In this document: piece after piece, positions 24,016 through 35,700 of the stretch | Layout: each line of letters opens with the position of its first letter | Position numbering within the stretch: the first letter of the stretch is position 1 | Assembly (NCBI GenBank): GCA_032718475.1 | Contig: JAUCBJ010006752.1 | Span: 1-64,000, forward strand | Origin: Nemertoderma westbladi | Lineage: Eukaryota; Animalia; Xenacoelomorpha | Length of the DNA stretch: 64,000 bases | Direction of reading: 5' to 3' | Position numbers and translations under genes: made by a program | The notes under the pieces: model-generated | What the model was told of the DNA's origin: nothing | Database searches by the model: none | The model's input: only the letters and a program-made list of their open reading frames with translations

Positions 24016-26899
24016 AATGTAATTCCAGTAATTTTAGTACAGTTAGCAACACTGTAGATACTAAACAGAAAAGTGAAGTGGGTATCGTGCAGTTTACCAT
24101 GATACCGTAAGATGTATTTCCTAGATTTCAACGTCGAGCTAGTTTTCTTTCGGCCTTGTCCCGGTTTTCGGCCTGTGTTTATTACCAGTTTCAGTATAGG
24201 GGAAAAGATTACTAAAGGTAATGCATAAACCCTAGAAAGAATAATATTGCGGAACTGCAATACGTAGGCCTCTACTGATACTGTGAAATCTACTATCACT
24301 ATTATTTATACTTACTAAAAAATTAACTTACTAATTATTTCAGAATTTTAGTACTGTAGTCTACAGTAGTTTAGATAACCTACTCTGTAAAGTGCTCTTT
24401 TCTCTCAATTGGTAATGAGATACTGTACTGTAGTTTTTTTTTATTTGGTTAGAAAAACTCGCATACTGTATGATGTTTCTCTCTCTGTATTCTTACCGGA
24501 ATAGTTTATTGTTTTGGTTAGAAAAGCACGCCTCTGTATTCTGTAACCTACTCCTTTTCCTGTATTGCTAAAGAAAACGTTTATTGTTTTGGTTAGAAAA
24601 GCCCGCCTTTGTAACCTGCTGCTTTCCCTGTATTGCTAAAGAAAAAGGGGCTTATTGTTTTGGATAGAAAAGCCCGCCGTTGTAACCTGCTCCTTTCCCT
24701 GTATTGCTAAAGAAACGTTTATTGTTTTGGGTTGGAAAAGCTATCCTGACAGTAGGCCTACTATATAACCGATATGTATCCAAACCGAAATCTCACATCT
24801 CTCGACACTGCGACTGATTTAGTATAAGAGGTGGCGTAGCCCTGTTTAATTTGAGTTACAGTATTTGTTTTCACTCTTGTCTAATGTGGGGCGAGCCACG
24901 AAGTTTGCTTTGTCGGATTTAAAACTGTCGAATGGAAAATTTGCAGGCATCAATAAGAGAGTTTAGACACCATCTTTTCAAGAGTCTCCAGCTACATAGA
25001 TGGCGAAATGACTGAATTCCTTTTTTATTGAATAATACTTTCCGATTACTCATACACTGATCGGTTATTTTCAGATTTAGATGCCACCTCCAGGCCGCAG
25101 CCCCTAGGCTTTACAGTAATAATCCTACTGTATACGTAGAAGAGGCCCTGCAACGCTGCAAGTTTGTAAAGCTGATAGTTAATAGTCTGCCTGCATTAGG
25201 TACTGTAGTTATTGGTAGACTTCCACTCGACTGTGTGTTTGAGTTTTTCAGTGTGACTTAGTAAGTAACTTATACTGTAGTAGAATGTCAGTATTCTATT
25301 AGGTCGGGTTAAGAGTCAGGTTAGTTGATTCGAAGGATAGATTCAAGCACAAGTGGCAGAAAATCTGCGCAAAAGGACATCTGCAGCAGATTTGGAGGTA
25401 AAATACATATAATGTTCATAACAAATTTAGGTTATTTTAGGTTCTATTGGATTCTTTAGGGTGTTTTGGGTTCTATTGGGTTGTTTCAGCACGAAAAAGC
25501 TTTCGAATGATATAAGATACTTTCCTACAGTATTTGATCAACTTTGAAATTTCGCATAAAAGTTGCAATTTTTACCGCTTTAAAGTGACAGTGAGAATTA
25601 CCAAAGCTAAAACGTTGAGGAAGACATTAGCCTTGATATTGGGAATATTTAATAGATAATATAATAATTGTATTATATTTAACTGTAAACTTTAAATAAT
25701 CAATGTCTGTCAACAAACAAATCGTTATTTAACTTGTCTCAAGTATTCCAAATGAACAATAACTATATGGAGCATTGCAGTGCCCTATTGCTGTAGGTTA
25801 TGATTTTGCTTTTACTGTTTTGAATCTAATCACATGAAAGTTTTTTTATATGATAGATCAAAGATGGGGCAACATACTATCAGGCGAAATTTTGTGACAA
25901 TAATTCTGCGCCGCTAGGTGGCGCTACAAATTTATGCTAATTTTTTTGGCTTGTTATAAATAGTATTAAATGTTATAACAAAAAATTTCAATAAGTTGTC
26001 TGATAGTTTTATGCAGAGTTTTATGCAGGATGCCTAATTGCTCAAAAATTGTAGAAGTAGTAGGGCTTTGAAATTGACAATTTCATAAAAAAAATATTTG
26101 GAGATAAATCGACCTTTCCTTATACAGTACATAGTAATAGTAATTTCAATAGGTCTCCCTAAATGGAAATTGGTATAACTGGAAAACTAAAAGAGCTATT
26201 AAATAGCGGTTTTCAGATTTGGTAAACACCACTTAATCGTGCATTATAATCGATCATAAAAATAATTTCGACATATTTTGTATCAAAATGGTGTATCCCC
26301 CCCCCCCCTCCCCCCTTAAAATACATTCTATAGTTGTTCCAAAACCCACGCAATAAAAAAAACATAATATTATTTATTACTCAGTTGGTATCTAATACAA
26401 CGCGAAACAATGCTCAATAGAAAATAATCCGATGATAATAATTGACAAGCGAATGAAGTTGTCACAACGTAGTTAAATATAATACTAACGGTATTATAAC
26501 AAACAATATTAACGGTTCGGTTACTATAAACCAAATAATATATAAAAAATAGAAAAACCTACTTAACTTAGAACCTATAAAGCATAAGGCCTTACTTATT
26601 GTATATTCGTAGCTTAAGTGTCATAATGCCTCAAGTCTAAAAATGCAATTGTTCAGGAGAGCCTATAAAAGATATTGAGAGATATAGGGCCTTTCTCCAG
26701 TAAAATATTGTCCAATAGGATTATTAGAATTCACTCTATTACTTAATAATCACCACTTCCTATTGGTTAAATAAAAATTTACATAGGGCCTTTCTGCAAT
26801 AAAATATTGTTCGCTCTATATAGGGCTTCACTTTACCACGCAATAATCATAATTTCCCATTGGTTAAAGTGTTCAAAACTTCACAAGCTGATAGAGCAT

Positions 26900-27446
26900 G
26901 AGGGGCGTGCCACGCAGTCAGGACACAATTAGAATTAGTAAATAGGGCAAAATTTCATGACTGTCTGTCTGTAATGAAAAATTCATTCGTAAATAACTTT
27001 TGAAGATATTAACAATTTTCAACCAAATTTTGTATGGGCATCCTAAACAAAAAGTTGCAATATTTTTGAAAGTTACGGGCAAATACCTCTCGAACTTTAG
27101 ACTCCCGATCAAATTGTTTTTTTTGCCAAATTTCGCGTGCTGCGCGACGCCCTGTTAAATTGTGGAATTGTTTAACAAAGTAATAACCGACACGTTCGTG
27201 GGGCGTTGCGCAGCACGCAGACATGAGAAAGTTCAAAACAAGTTCGATTTGATCTGGAGTCAAAAGTTCGTGAGGTATATTTGTCCATAACTTTAAAAAT
27301 TATTGGAACTTTTTCTCTAGCATGCCCATACAAAATTTGGTTGAAAATGGTTAAAATTTTCAAGCTATTTACGAATGAATTTTTAATTAAGGACGGACGG
27401 ACATTTATGCGCTAAGGCTCGCCCTGACTGCGTGGCTTGCCCCACA
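26900..27446. mobile_element. Two inverted copies of a short Helentron/DINE-1-like element forming an imperfect palindrome of about 545 bp
   Basis: ggggcgtgccacgcagtcagg..tgtctgtctg..caaccaaattttgtatgggcat is mirrored by atgcccatacaaaatttggttg..ggacggacggac..cctgactgcgtggcttgcccc. Confidence 0.65.
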
Positions 27447-28094
27447 AAAATCGACTTAGGGCCTTATGACACTTAAGCTACAGTATTTTGTACATTCAGC
27501 ACATGCCACAATTGCATGGTTAATATTAGGTTATTGCTTAGTTGTACCACTATAAATTATCAAAAATACATAAAGATGGGGTTCACCATTTCTAATATCA
27601 GAATGAGATTTATTGTGTGCTGTAATATTTTGAATTTGAGTTGAGCTGATATTACAACTGTTATAAATAAGATTATAATGGGATTTTGATCAGACTTGGA
27701 GAAACGAGGAAACATGTTATGGGAATTTAATCATCGATACTGACTATTGGCCGCATCAATTCAGCCCTCCCTCCTGAGATTTGCTCGCTCATTTAGTCCA
27801 GTTCTAGAACATCCCGTCAATACTTTATCTTAAGGCTGGTTTTTACACGTGGCAACTTTTTTGAGACTTTGTTTTTTAACAACTTAGTTGTTCGCAGTGT
27901 AAATGTGGCAACTTTGTTACATCAATAACGAAGTTGCTCTGAAGGTTACCATGTAAAAACCGGCCTTAAGAGCGGTATCACTGAGTCATCTTTTTTAAAC
28001 GCTTGCAACTAAAGAAAGAAATAAAAATCTGACTCACCCAGTAAGGAGGACGGACAAACTATTGATTTTTAAAATTTAATCTCATAAGATTTGT

Positions 28095-28780
28095 AGAACA
28101 TTTTATTCTTAAATTGTTACTTTGTCGCACAAATATACCCCAAAATCGGCACAAAAAGTATTACTTTTTCCCTAGGAAAAAAGTACCCCATTGCATTGAT
28201 TTTACTTTTTTCCATGCGAAAAAAGTTATATAAGAAAATGTGAAAATATTTTTGATGTAATTTCTTAAAATGTATTTCCTATGTTGAAAGAGCATCGAAG
28301 TGGAAAAGGTTTGGGGGTAATTTGAGCAAAATCCATGCACACACTCAGAAGTTATTGCAACTTTATTGTCTACAATCTATTGTACTCCAAAACGGAACTC
28401 AATATTCAATATTGGTCTATGTTGTTACGTAATGAATATTCAAGAACATTAAATTATTTAACGTTGATCGTTTAACTACTGTCTGAGGCAGCATCAGGAG
28501 TTGAAGAGTACAGTAATTTGAATCGCAGTAACTATGGAAGCAACATAGTAAAATACTAGTTCAATTTATTATGTAACACTGTATCGTTCTAAAAAAATTT
28601 TATTTTATTAAAGAATTGGGTAACAATAACAAAACAGTACTAATTTAGGAGTAAAAATTACGTATTATTACATGGGAAAAAATGAATAATTTCAATATTC
28701 TCTCGACTTATTATAGTCAGCGCTCGGTAAATAAAATTAATCGAGAACAGTGGAAAAAGTTAGGCTTTTTCACAAATAAT
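28095..28780. repeat. Interspersed repeat family A copy
   Basis: Collinear similarity to 22510-24010. Confidence 0.7.
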
Positions 28781-29802
28781 AATCACAATTTTTTTTTTTG
28801 GGGGGGGGGGGGTTGGGGTGCGGTCCACTGAATTACGACACGATACTATTCCAATGATAAATGATGATAAATGAGTACCAGTTAAATAAATGGGAGCAAA
28901 TCTTGGGATCGTCGCCTCCGGCTTCGGTCGACTGTTTGCTTTGCTTGCTTACTATTCCAAACAATGATGTAATATTAATGCTGCAAGTTATATTGCACTA
29001 AAATCTTCATTAATGTCGGTTATGTAAAACTTTAAAAATTTAAATGTTATTGAAATAGTTTCTTTTAGTAAAACGTCAGAGATGGTGGCAAAAAATATAT
29101 TTTTTTCGCCACTATTTAATATTTATTTTAAAAAATGTGCTACACGGATTCCTTGCAGTATCACACCCTGTCTGGTCCTTTATCGTTGTAAGGACAATGC
29201 GGGGAAACTATGAACTGAACATGAGTGAATTTGTACGATACAGGCGTTCTAGAAGTAAAGTTAGTTAGTTCTAGAACGCCTTAGTTAGATATCATAAGAA
29301 TATAACTCATAAAATAACCAACAAATACACTTTAAACGCCATAAATAATACTAGAAGTGACAATAAATGATGGTAGTTTAACTAACAATATTGCATTACA
29401 AAGAGAAACTAATGTAAACGAACTAAATAATAGAAAATTCACTGTGTTAGTAGAGAAATTAAATGTTGAGAACTATTGCATATAAATTAAATCAGAAAAC
29501 AATAACAGAAAAATAACTGCTAATACATATGAAATATTAAGAACTATTTATTGCATAGAATTCATTGCGGTTATTTGATTTCGCATGTTATTTTAATCGC
29601 TGCAGGCAGAGGCCAAATGGCAACGTATGCTATTCAGACACATCATAAGTATATAAATAAGTATAAGCACTAACTAACAGATATCTACTATATGAAAAAA
29701 ATTTAACACATAAACTTAAACACAACACAAAATAGCCAATCCAGTTAATAAATAAACAATATATTATATACTACAATGAAATAGGCCCTAGTCGGTTTTA
29801 GT

Positions 29803-32800
29803 TTATAATAATGAATGACTTACTGATAAACAATGAACGTCAGCTACCGTATCCAGCGATTTATTCTCCACGGTATAGGCATTACCACATGGAATCATAA
29901 AATTAGATCCGGGCTTGAGAACCAACGGCCTGTTCGATCCCATGGTCAATGTAACGGATCCACTGAGGACGAGATAGTTCATTGTCAAGGAAACATTGGC
30001 CCTGAAGGAACGCGAGTATCCCGTAGCAAAGGATACGATACCGACCTTAAAGTCAGTCTGGTCCTGCAGACAAACCACCGACAAACACCCGTCGTCTTTG
30101 GTATGTTCCCACTCAGGACTATCGTAAGAAGAGACGCATTTCATCTTATAAGACTGGTTATCGGCTCCTTGGACCAGGCACAAACTATCATCTGAGCTGA
30201 CAGAAGTCCCGTTATCGCCAGAACCATCGTCCTCATCTACTGCGAACAGAGGCTTTCCTGTTTTCGGTCTTATATTCTCCTTGGGTTTCACGTCGGGTAA
30301 TTGATCACCATCAGGCGATTGAACTCCAACAATCTCTCGCATATGATCTGCTGTAACTCGGTAAATTATTTTCTGGCCCAAAAACCCCCAACGTAGTCGA
30401 GATACCCGAGTACGTTCCGATCGTCTGAGTCCGTCCGGAGCCGGTCTCGGTTTATAAATCTCTCCACTGTCAGGAATTTTCTCATTAATCTTGGTCGACA
30501 CCAACTTTGATTTCTTTGTTTTCCTTTGTTTTTTTCCTTTTAATTTATAATTACCTTCCGCGTCTCCACGGTGACCAATAGAGTTACCCAGACTCGGATC
30601 CTCATTCTCCATTGAGGTATGTCTACAACTGACTTCTTTATTGAAAGTTACATTCTTTGCCGGGGTTTTAGTCCGGTGGCCAGAGCTTTCGATCACTTGC
30701 TGCTTCCGACTTTTAGGTATCTGTTCAATTAAGGTATTATTATTGTCGCCAATATTTGTAGCTGGATCGAAGTCACTCTGAGAGCTTTCAGAACTGGATA
30801 ATACACGTCTCCTAGTAGAAGCTCCTCTATTATCAGTTGATGGCAGTTTTTTATTGATGTTTTTTTGCCTTATCTGTTTGGTACTAGTCTCGCCTTGCTC
30901 ATTTGAAAAATTGGAAATGGACAAATTATTTCCAATACTTAATCTTCGAGGTTGATCCGACGTGTTCCTAGTAATATGATTAACCTCCTTAGCAATAATG
31001 GTCGCGGGATCAAGGTCAGACCGATCAACATCACTTTGGGGGAGCGTGATAGAAGATTTTCTTCTAGAACTTCGCCGACTGGCGCTAGATGATGTCTCAT
31101 CGATAGGTTGAATTGCATTTGATAATTTGGAAATTGACGAATTATTTCCAATTCCGGTACCGGTACTTGATCTTTGAGGACGATTCGACGTGTTACTAGT
31201 AATATGATGCTTCTGATGATTAGGTTTCTCTGACTGTTCAATTAAGGTATCATTATAATCGCCAATATTTGTAGCTGGATCGAAGTCACCCTGAGAGCTT
31301 TCAGAACTGGATAATACACGTCTCCTAGTAGAAGCTCGTCTATTGTCAGCACTTAATGGGAGTTTGTTATTGATGTTTTTTTTCCTTATCTGTTTGGTAC
31401 TAGTCTCACCGCGCTCATTTGATAAATTGGAAATGGATAAATTATTTCCAATACTTGATCTTCGAGGTTGATCCGACGTGTTCCTAGTAATATGATTAAC
31501 ATCCTCGGCAATAAAGGTCGTGGGATCAAGGTCAGACTGATCAACATCACCTTGGGGGAGCGTGATAGAAGATTTTTTTCTAGAACTTCGTCGACTGGCG
31601 CTAGATGATGTCTCATCGATAGGTTGAATTCCATTTGATAATTTGGAAATTAATGAATTATTTCCAATTCCGGTACCGGTACTTGATCTTTGAGGACAAT
31701 TCGACGTGTTACTAGTAATATGATGCTTCTGATGATTAGGTTTCTCTGACTGTTTAATTGAGGTATTATTATAATCGCCAATATTTGTAGCTGGATCGAA
31801 GTCACTCTGAGAACTTTCAGAACAGGATAATACACGTCTCCTAGTAGAAGCTCGTCTATTGTTAGCAGTTAATGAGAGTTTTTTATTGATGGTTCTTTGC
31901 CTTATCTGTTTGGTACTAGTCTCACCGCGCTCATTTGATAAATTGGAAATGGACGAATTATTTCCAATACTTAATCTTAGAGGTTGATCCGACGTGTTCT
32001 TACTATTACTAATATGGTTTACATCCTTGTTATGGGACTCAGCAATAATGGCTGCTGGATCAAGGTCAGACTGATCAACATAACTTTGGGGGAGGGTGAT
32101 GGAAGATTTTTTTCTAGAACTTCGTCGACTGGCGCCAGATGATGTTTCATCGATAGGTTGAATCCCATTTCTTTGATTTGTTTTGATTTGGGGTCTAGGT
32201 TCTTTAATGCAACCCCGAGTGGTGATTGGTTGAGTACCAGATCCTGGGACGGTTGCATCTATGCCATGACTTTGTGATGTTGCATTTATACGACTGTGAT
32301 GTGAAGAACTGTTTTGATTAACTTGAAGATTTGTAAGATCTTCTAAAAAGACACTGTAAGATCCAGATCGAGTTACTCTGGATTTGGAAGTATTTTTGAA
32401 GCTGTTGTCATTCTCTGTAGAAGGTATCGTCTGTTTAACAATTGATTCTGATTCATTATCAGTGGTAGAAGGACTAAAGATTGCAGAAATTGTAGGCCTA
32501 TTTTTTGTTGAAGGCGTATTTATAGGAATGGTTTTGTTGGAGCCTGAACGATGAGGCAACCTGTATTTACTGTTGTCTATGACTTCTGATGCGCCATTAA
32601 CTACTCTGGGGAATAAAGAAGATAATTCAGCTGTGATGGGTAAATCACAGGCGGAGGATTTTGAATTAACCTCTTCACTATTAAATGGTTTTGATACAGC
32701 TGAGCGAAGGTTTCGACTCACATTATGAACCATTGATGAAGACAAAGACTTGCGAGAGACAAAGTCCTCGGAAAAATCAACTTGGTTAGGACCATTACAA

Positions 32801-35700
32801 CTATAATCCTTAGTAAACGTTGCCTCGCGATTGGGAAACATTTCCAGTGACTTGGATATTTTCCTACAAGGTTTTGAAGTAAAGGTTTGGTTGGAAGCAG
32901 TTTCTGTATATCCACAAGAAATAACCCCAGACACTCTATTACTTGAGCTTGTAGTACGCATAGCTGATGAAGCAGGAGCAACCTGCTGTAATTGTGACTC
33001 CACATCATGTTCTCTGTTAACATTTGATATTTGCTTCTGATAAGAAACGGAATATTTATCAACTAACTGAGACTGTGGCAAGTTTCCATCTGCCGGTTGA
33101 CCTGGAGTTCGGTTGATTCGCTGTGTATGGATAATATTATCCAATCCATCAGCATTCGCGATATTATCTTGATTAACGACGCTGTAGCTTGTACCAGAAG
33201 CAATTGGTGTTTCTAAATTCCCTATGGAGTTGTTCAACAAAGTGCCTACTGGATCATTAAAATGATCATCACCAAGTAAAGTAGACAACCGGCGGTTTCG
33301 TAACATATCAACACCATTATTACCATGGTTAACCCCGCAAAGCCCATTTATAACGGGAGTTGAGTGGTCGCGTGGGTGTGGTGTTTTTAACTGAGAAATA
33401 TTTATAGATGACCTCTTTCTAACCTTGCCCTGCAATGGGATTATATTATCACTAGAAGACATCGATAAATTATCATGCATCGTTCGAACCATACTATGGC
33501 GTATCTTTGATGGTTGCCTATCATCACTTTCACTGCCCTTCAAACCGTTATTGATAATTTGGGTTTCTTCACCTGGTCCTTGATGGCTCAAACGGTTCAT
33601 ATTTATTGAAGGAGAAATGTCTTTACTAACATTTAGACGTGTAGGTTTCAGGAATGGACTTCGAATATTTACACTCCTATCCGATTGTTGGGAGTTTGTT
33701 TGTTGCGGCTCTGTTATAGTCTTTGCTATCACTGGGATTGTATTGCATCTAGTCTTCTTAAGTTGAGAACCTAATGTCATTGTACTCCGATCTAGATTAT
33801 GAGGTTGTTGGTAGTTTAGATGTGAGGTATTTCTACTCCCACCTTCATCATCAAATAGCTGCAGGGCTTTCACACTTTCCTTAGCAAACAATTCTGGATT
33901 AGAGTTATTTCCATCAATCACGTGGGATGCCAGCAGGTAACTTTGTCTGAACAAATTGGCACTTTTATTATTTCTGGAATAATGTTCCATATCTGTGGAT
34001 TGAGGGGGTGTTCTATGGGACCGCTCAAGGTTTGATGCTTGAACAATCTCCCGGCTGCTTCGCATCGCATTTCGTCGATTTCTGCTATTTCCTTCCTCGC
34101 CATCTTTATATGAGTATACATTGTTCCTATAATCCGGGAACGATTTTCGAGAAACTTTTGAACCAGATTCCGCAAACTGAGTTGCTTCTGCTGAATGAGG
34201 GAAGTCTTCTTTTGAATTACGATGCAACTGAGAGCTGGATCGCTTGGAAGAGGCAGGAGACTTTCCTTTCTCTTTGTTTCGTTGTTTGCGTGAACCATTT
34301 GCAAAGGAATTCTCAACGGTATCGGTTGAGAGCCCACTTTCACTAATCTCGTGAATATTAGTTCTTGATTTGGAAGAATGCATGGCAGTAAGGTTGAGTA
34401 CATCGGACAACTGTTTCCTAAGCAACGATCTTTGCAACTCATTTCCTGATTCTATATGATTTCCTTGCACAAACTTTAAGGCACTGGTATCACATTCAAC
34501 ATCTGCTGAGATATTTCGATGGTTAGTAGAATGCTGAGATTCATCACGCAAATTATTCGATCCTCTGCGCCGAAGACGACTAGCAGATAACTTTTCTGGA
34601 ATAACGTCAGTACTGGAACTGGAAGCACTGCATTCAATTCTCGATGAAACAGCTGGCGTGACTCGCTTTCGCAAACTCCGAGTGTGAGGAGAAACTCCCA
34701 AACCAACATCACATTGGCCTTTACTCCTATCAAACTCATCCAAATCAAATCCAAATGTTGGTTCAGCTCTTGAGTGCAAATTTTTGCTTACTAATGTCAC
34801 ATTATCTTGATTAGGCCTAACAGGGGTATCATCTCCAGGTGGTGGTGAATATTGATTCCCTTTACTAACACATCTAGTACTACTTTGATTTCTTCGCCCA
34901 TTGAAATAGATGGGCAAACTTAGGTTTCTTTGCTGTAGCTCCAAATGAGTGTCATCATGATTTCTAATTGCAGCGGTACAGTTGGGTTTCATTTTCTGAC
35001 GAACAGCGCCAAAATGAGTTTGGCGATTATCAGAAGCTGAGCTGCTCGTATAAACAGGACGCCGCGGATGCGATAAGGTATTGCGATTGGTATAGCGAGC
35101 TTGGGCCTCATCATCACCTTGATCTCCACTGGATAATGACAATGAGTCTTCATTGGCTGTGTATCGTTGCTTTATCATACCTTTTCGTTTTTGCAACAGC
35201 CGACCACGACGGGTTCGATTGTTAGATTTCCCAAGATGGCGAACAACATTTTCATCAACAGGTTGTTTTGCCTCTTGAGTTTTTGATTGGCTAACTCTTG
35301 TCTGCTGAGCGGGAAAACGCAATCGACTAGGTGACGGTTTACTGCAGCCAATATCCGATGTGTTTCTACTGGGATTTAGTGATGTGCATCCTAGTGGTAA
35401 TGGAGAATGTTGTGATGTGGAACGCATCTGATCACTACTATCTGAACCCTCATTTATATGGGTGATGATATCTGAGGCATACGTGCCATTGGATAAAAGG
35501 GTGTGTTTATTGGCAGGTTCTGGTGTTGTTAATAATGTAGACGATTCCTCACAGTCAGTATATATCCTACTGGGACTAGAATATACTGGACGATCAGGGT
35601 ACTTTAAGTTTTTGAAATACCCCTCGGCTATCTCTCTAAGTGCTGACTTATTTACAGGGAGGCCACTGTTTATAATGCTTTCCCATCCTCTGTGAGCCAT
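29803..35700 (-). CDS. CENPC: Centromere protein C-like (CENP-C/Mif2), 1965 aa, intronless CDS
   Basis: Long S/R/N-rich disordered body, CENP-C-motif-like PDGLRRSERTRVSRLRWGFLGQKIIYR, and a C-terminal cupin (YLVLSGSVTLTM..LVLKPGSNFMIPCGNAYTVEN). Confidence 0.8.
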   Translation of the reverse strand: MAHRGWESIINSGLPVNKSALREIAEGYFKNLKYPDRPVYSSPSRIYTDCEESSTLLTTPEPANKHTLLSNGTYASDIITHINEGSDSSDQMRSTSQHSPLPLGCTSLNPSRNTSDIGCSKPSPSRLRFPAQQTRVSQSKTQEAKQPVDENVVRHLGKSNNRTRRGRLLQKRKGMIKQRYTANEDSLSLSSGDQGDDEAQARYTNRNTLSHPRRPVYTSSSASDNRQTHFGAVRQKMKPNCTAAIRNHDDTHLELQQRNLSLPIYFNGRRNQSSTRCVSKGNQYSPPPGDDTPVRPNQDNVTLVSKNLHSRAEPTFGFDLDEFDRSKGQCDVGLGVSPHTRSLRKRVTPAVSSRIECSASSSSTDVIPEKLSASRLRRRGSNNLRDESQHSTNHRNISADVECDTSALKFVQGNHIESGNELQRSLLRKQLSDVLNLTAMHSSKSRTNIHEISESGLSTDTVENSFANGSRKQRNKEKGKSPASSKRSSSQLHRNSKEDFPHSAEATQFAESGSKVSRKSFPDYRNNVYSYKDGEEGNSRNRRNAMRSSREIVQASNLERSHRTPPQSTDMEHYSRNNKSANLFRQSYLLASHVIDGNNSNPELFAKESVKALQLFDDEGGSRNTSHLNYQQPHNLDRSTMTLGSQLKKTRCNTIPVIAKTITEPQQTNSQQSDRSVNIRSPFLKPTRLNVSKDISPSINMNRLSHQGPGEETQIINNGLKGSESDDRQPSKIRHSMVRTMHDNLSMSSSDNIIPLQGKVRKRSSINISQLKTPHPRDHSTPVINGLCGVNHGNNGVDMLRNRRLSTLLGDDHFNDPVGTLLNNSIGNLETPIASGTSYSVVNQDNIANADGLDNIIHTQRINRTPGQPADGNLPQSQLVDKYSVSYQKQISNVNREHDVESQLQQVAPASSAMRTTSSSNRVSGVISCGYTETASNQTFTSKPCRKISKSLEMFPNREATFTKDYSCNGPNQVDFSEDFVSRKSLSSSMVHNVSRNLRSAVSKPFNSEEVNSKSSACDLPITAELSSLFPRVVNGASEVIDNSKYRLPHRSGSNKTIPINTPSTKNRPTISAIFSPSTTDNESESIVKQTIPSTENDNSFKNTSKSRVTRSGSYSVFLEDLTNLQVNQNSSSHHSRINATSQSHGIDATVPGSGTQPITTRGCIKEPRPQIKTNQRNGIQPIDETSSGASRRSSRKKSSITLPQSYVDQSDLDPAAIIAESHNKDVNHISNSKNTSDQPLRLSIGNNSSISNLSNERGETSTKQIRQRTINKKLSLTANNRRASTRRRVLSCSESSQSDFDPATNIGDYNNTSIKQSEKPNHQKHHITSNTSNCPQRSSTGTGIGNNSLISKLSNGIQPIDETSSSASRRSSRKKSSITLPQGDVDQSDLDPTTFIAEDVNHITRNTSDQPRRSSIGNNLSISNLSNERGETSTKQIRKKNINNKLPLSADNRRASTRRRVLSSSESSQGDFDPATNIGDYNDTLIEQSEKPNHQKHHITSNTSNRPQRSSTGTGIGNNSSISKLSNAIQPIDETSSSASRRSSRRKSSITLPQSDVDRSDLDPATIIAKEVNHITRNTSDQPRRLSIGNNLSISNFSNEQGETSTKQIRQKNINKKLPSTDNRGASTRRRVLSSSESSQSDFDPATNIGDNNNTLIEQIPKSRKQQVIESSGHRTKTPAKNVTFNKEVSCRHTSMENEDPSLGNSIGHRGDAEGNYKLKGKKQRKTKKSKLVSTKINEKIPDSGEIYKPRPAPDGLRRSERTRVSRLRWGFLGQKIIYRVTADHMREIVGVQSPDGDQLPDVKPKENIRPKTGKPLFAVDEDDGSGDNGTSVSSDDSLCLVQGADNQSYKMKCVSSYDSPEWEHTKDDGCLSVVCLQDQTDFKVGIVSFATGYSRSFRANVSLTMNYLVLSGSVTLTMGSNRPLVLKPGSNFMIPCGNAYTVENKSLDTVADVHCLSVSHSLL

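Noticed and set aside
15214-35700. Bacterial or viral origin (HGT, endogenous virus) for the intronless gene block
   Set aside because: SNRNP27, CENP-C and this ALG14/PSA type are eukaryotic nuclear genes, interspersed with host repeats, and no viral hallmark genes are present.
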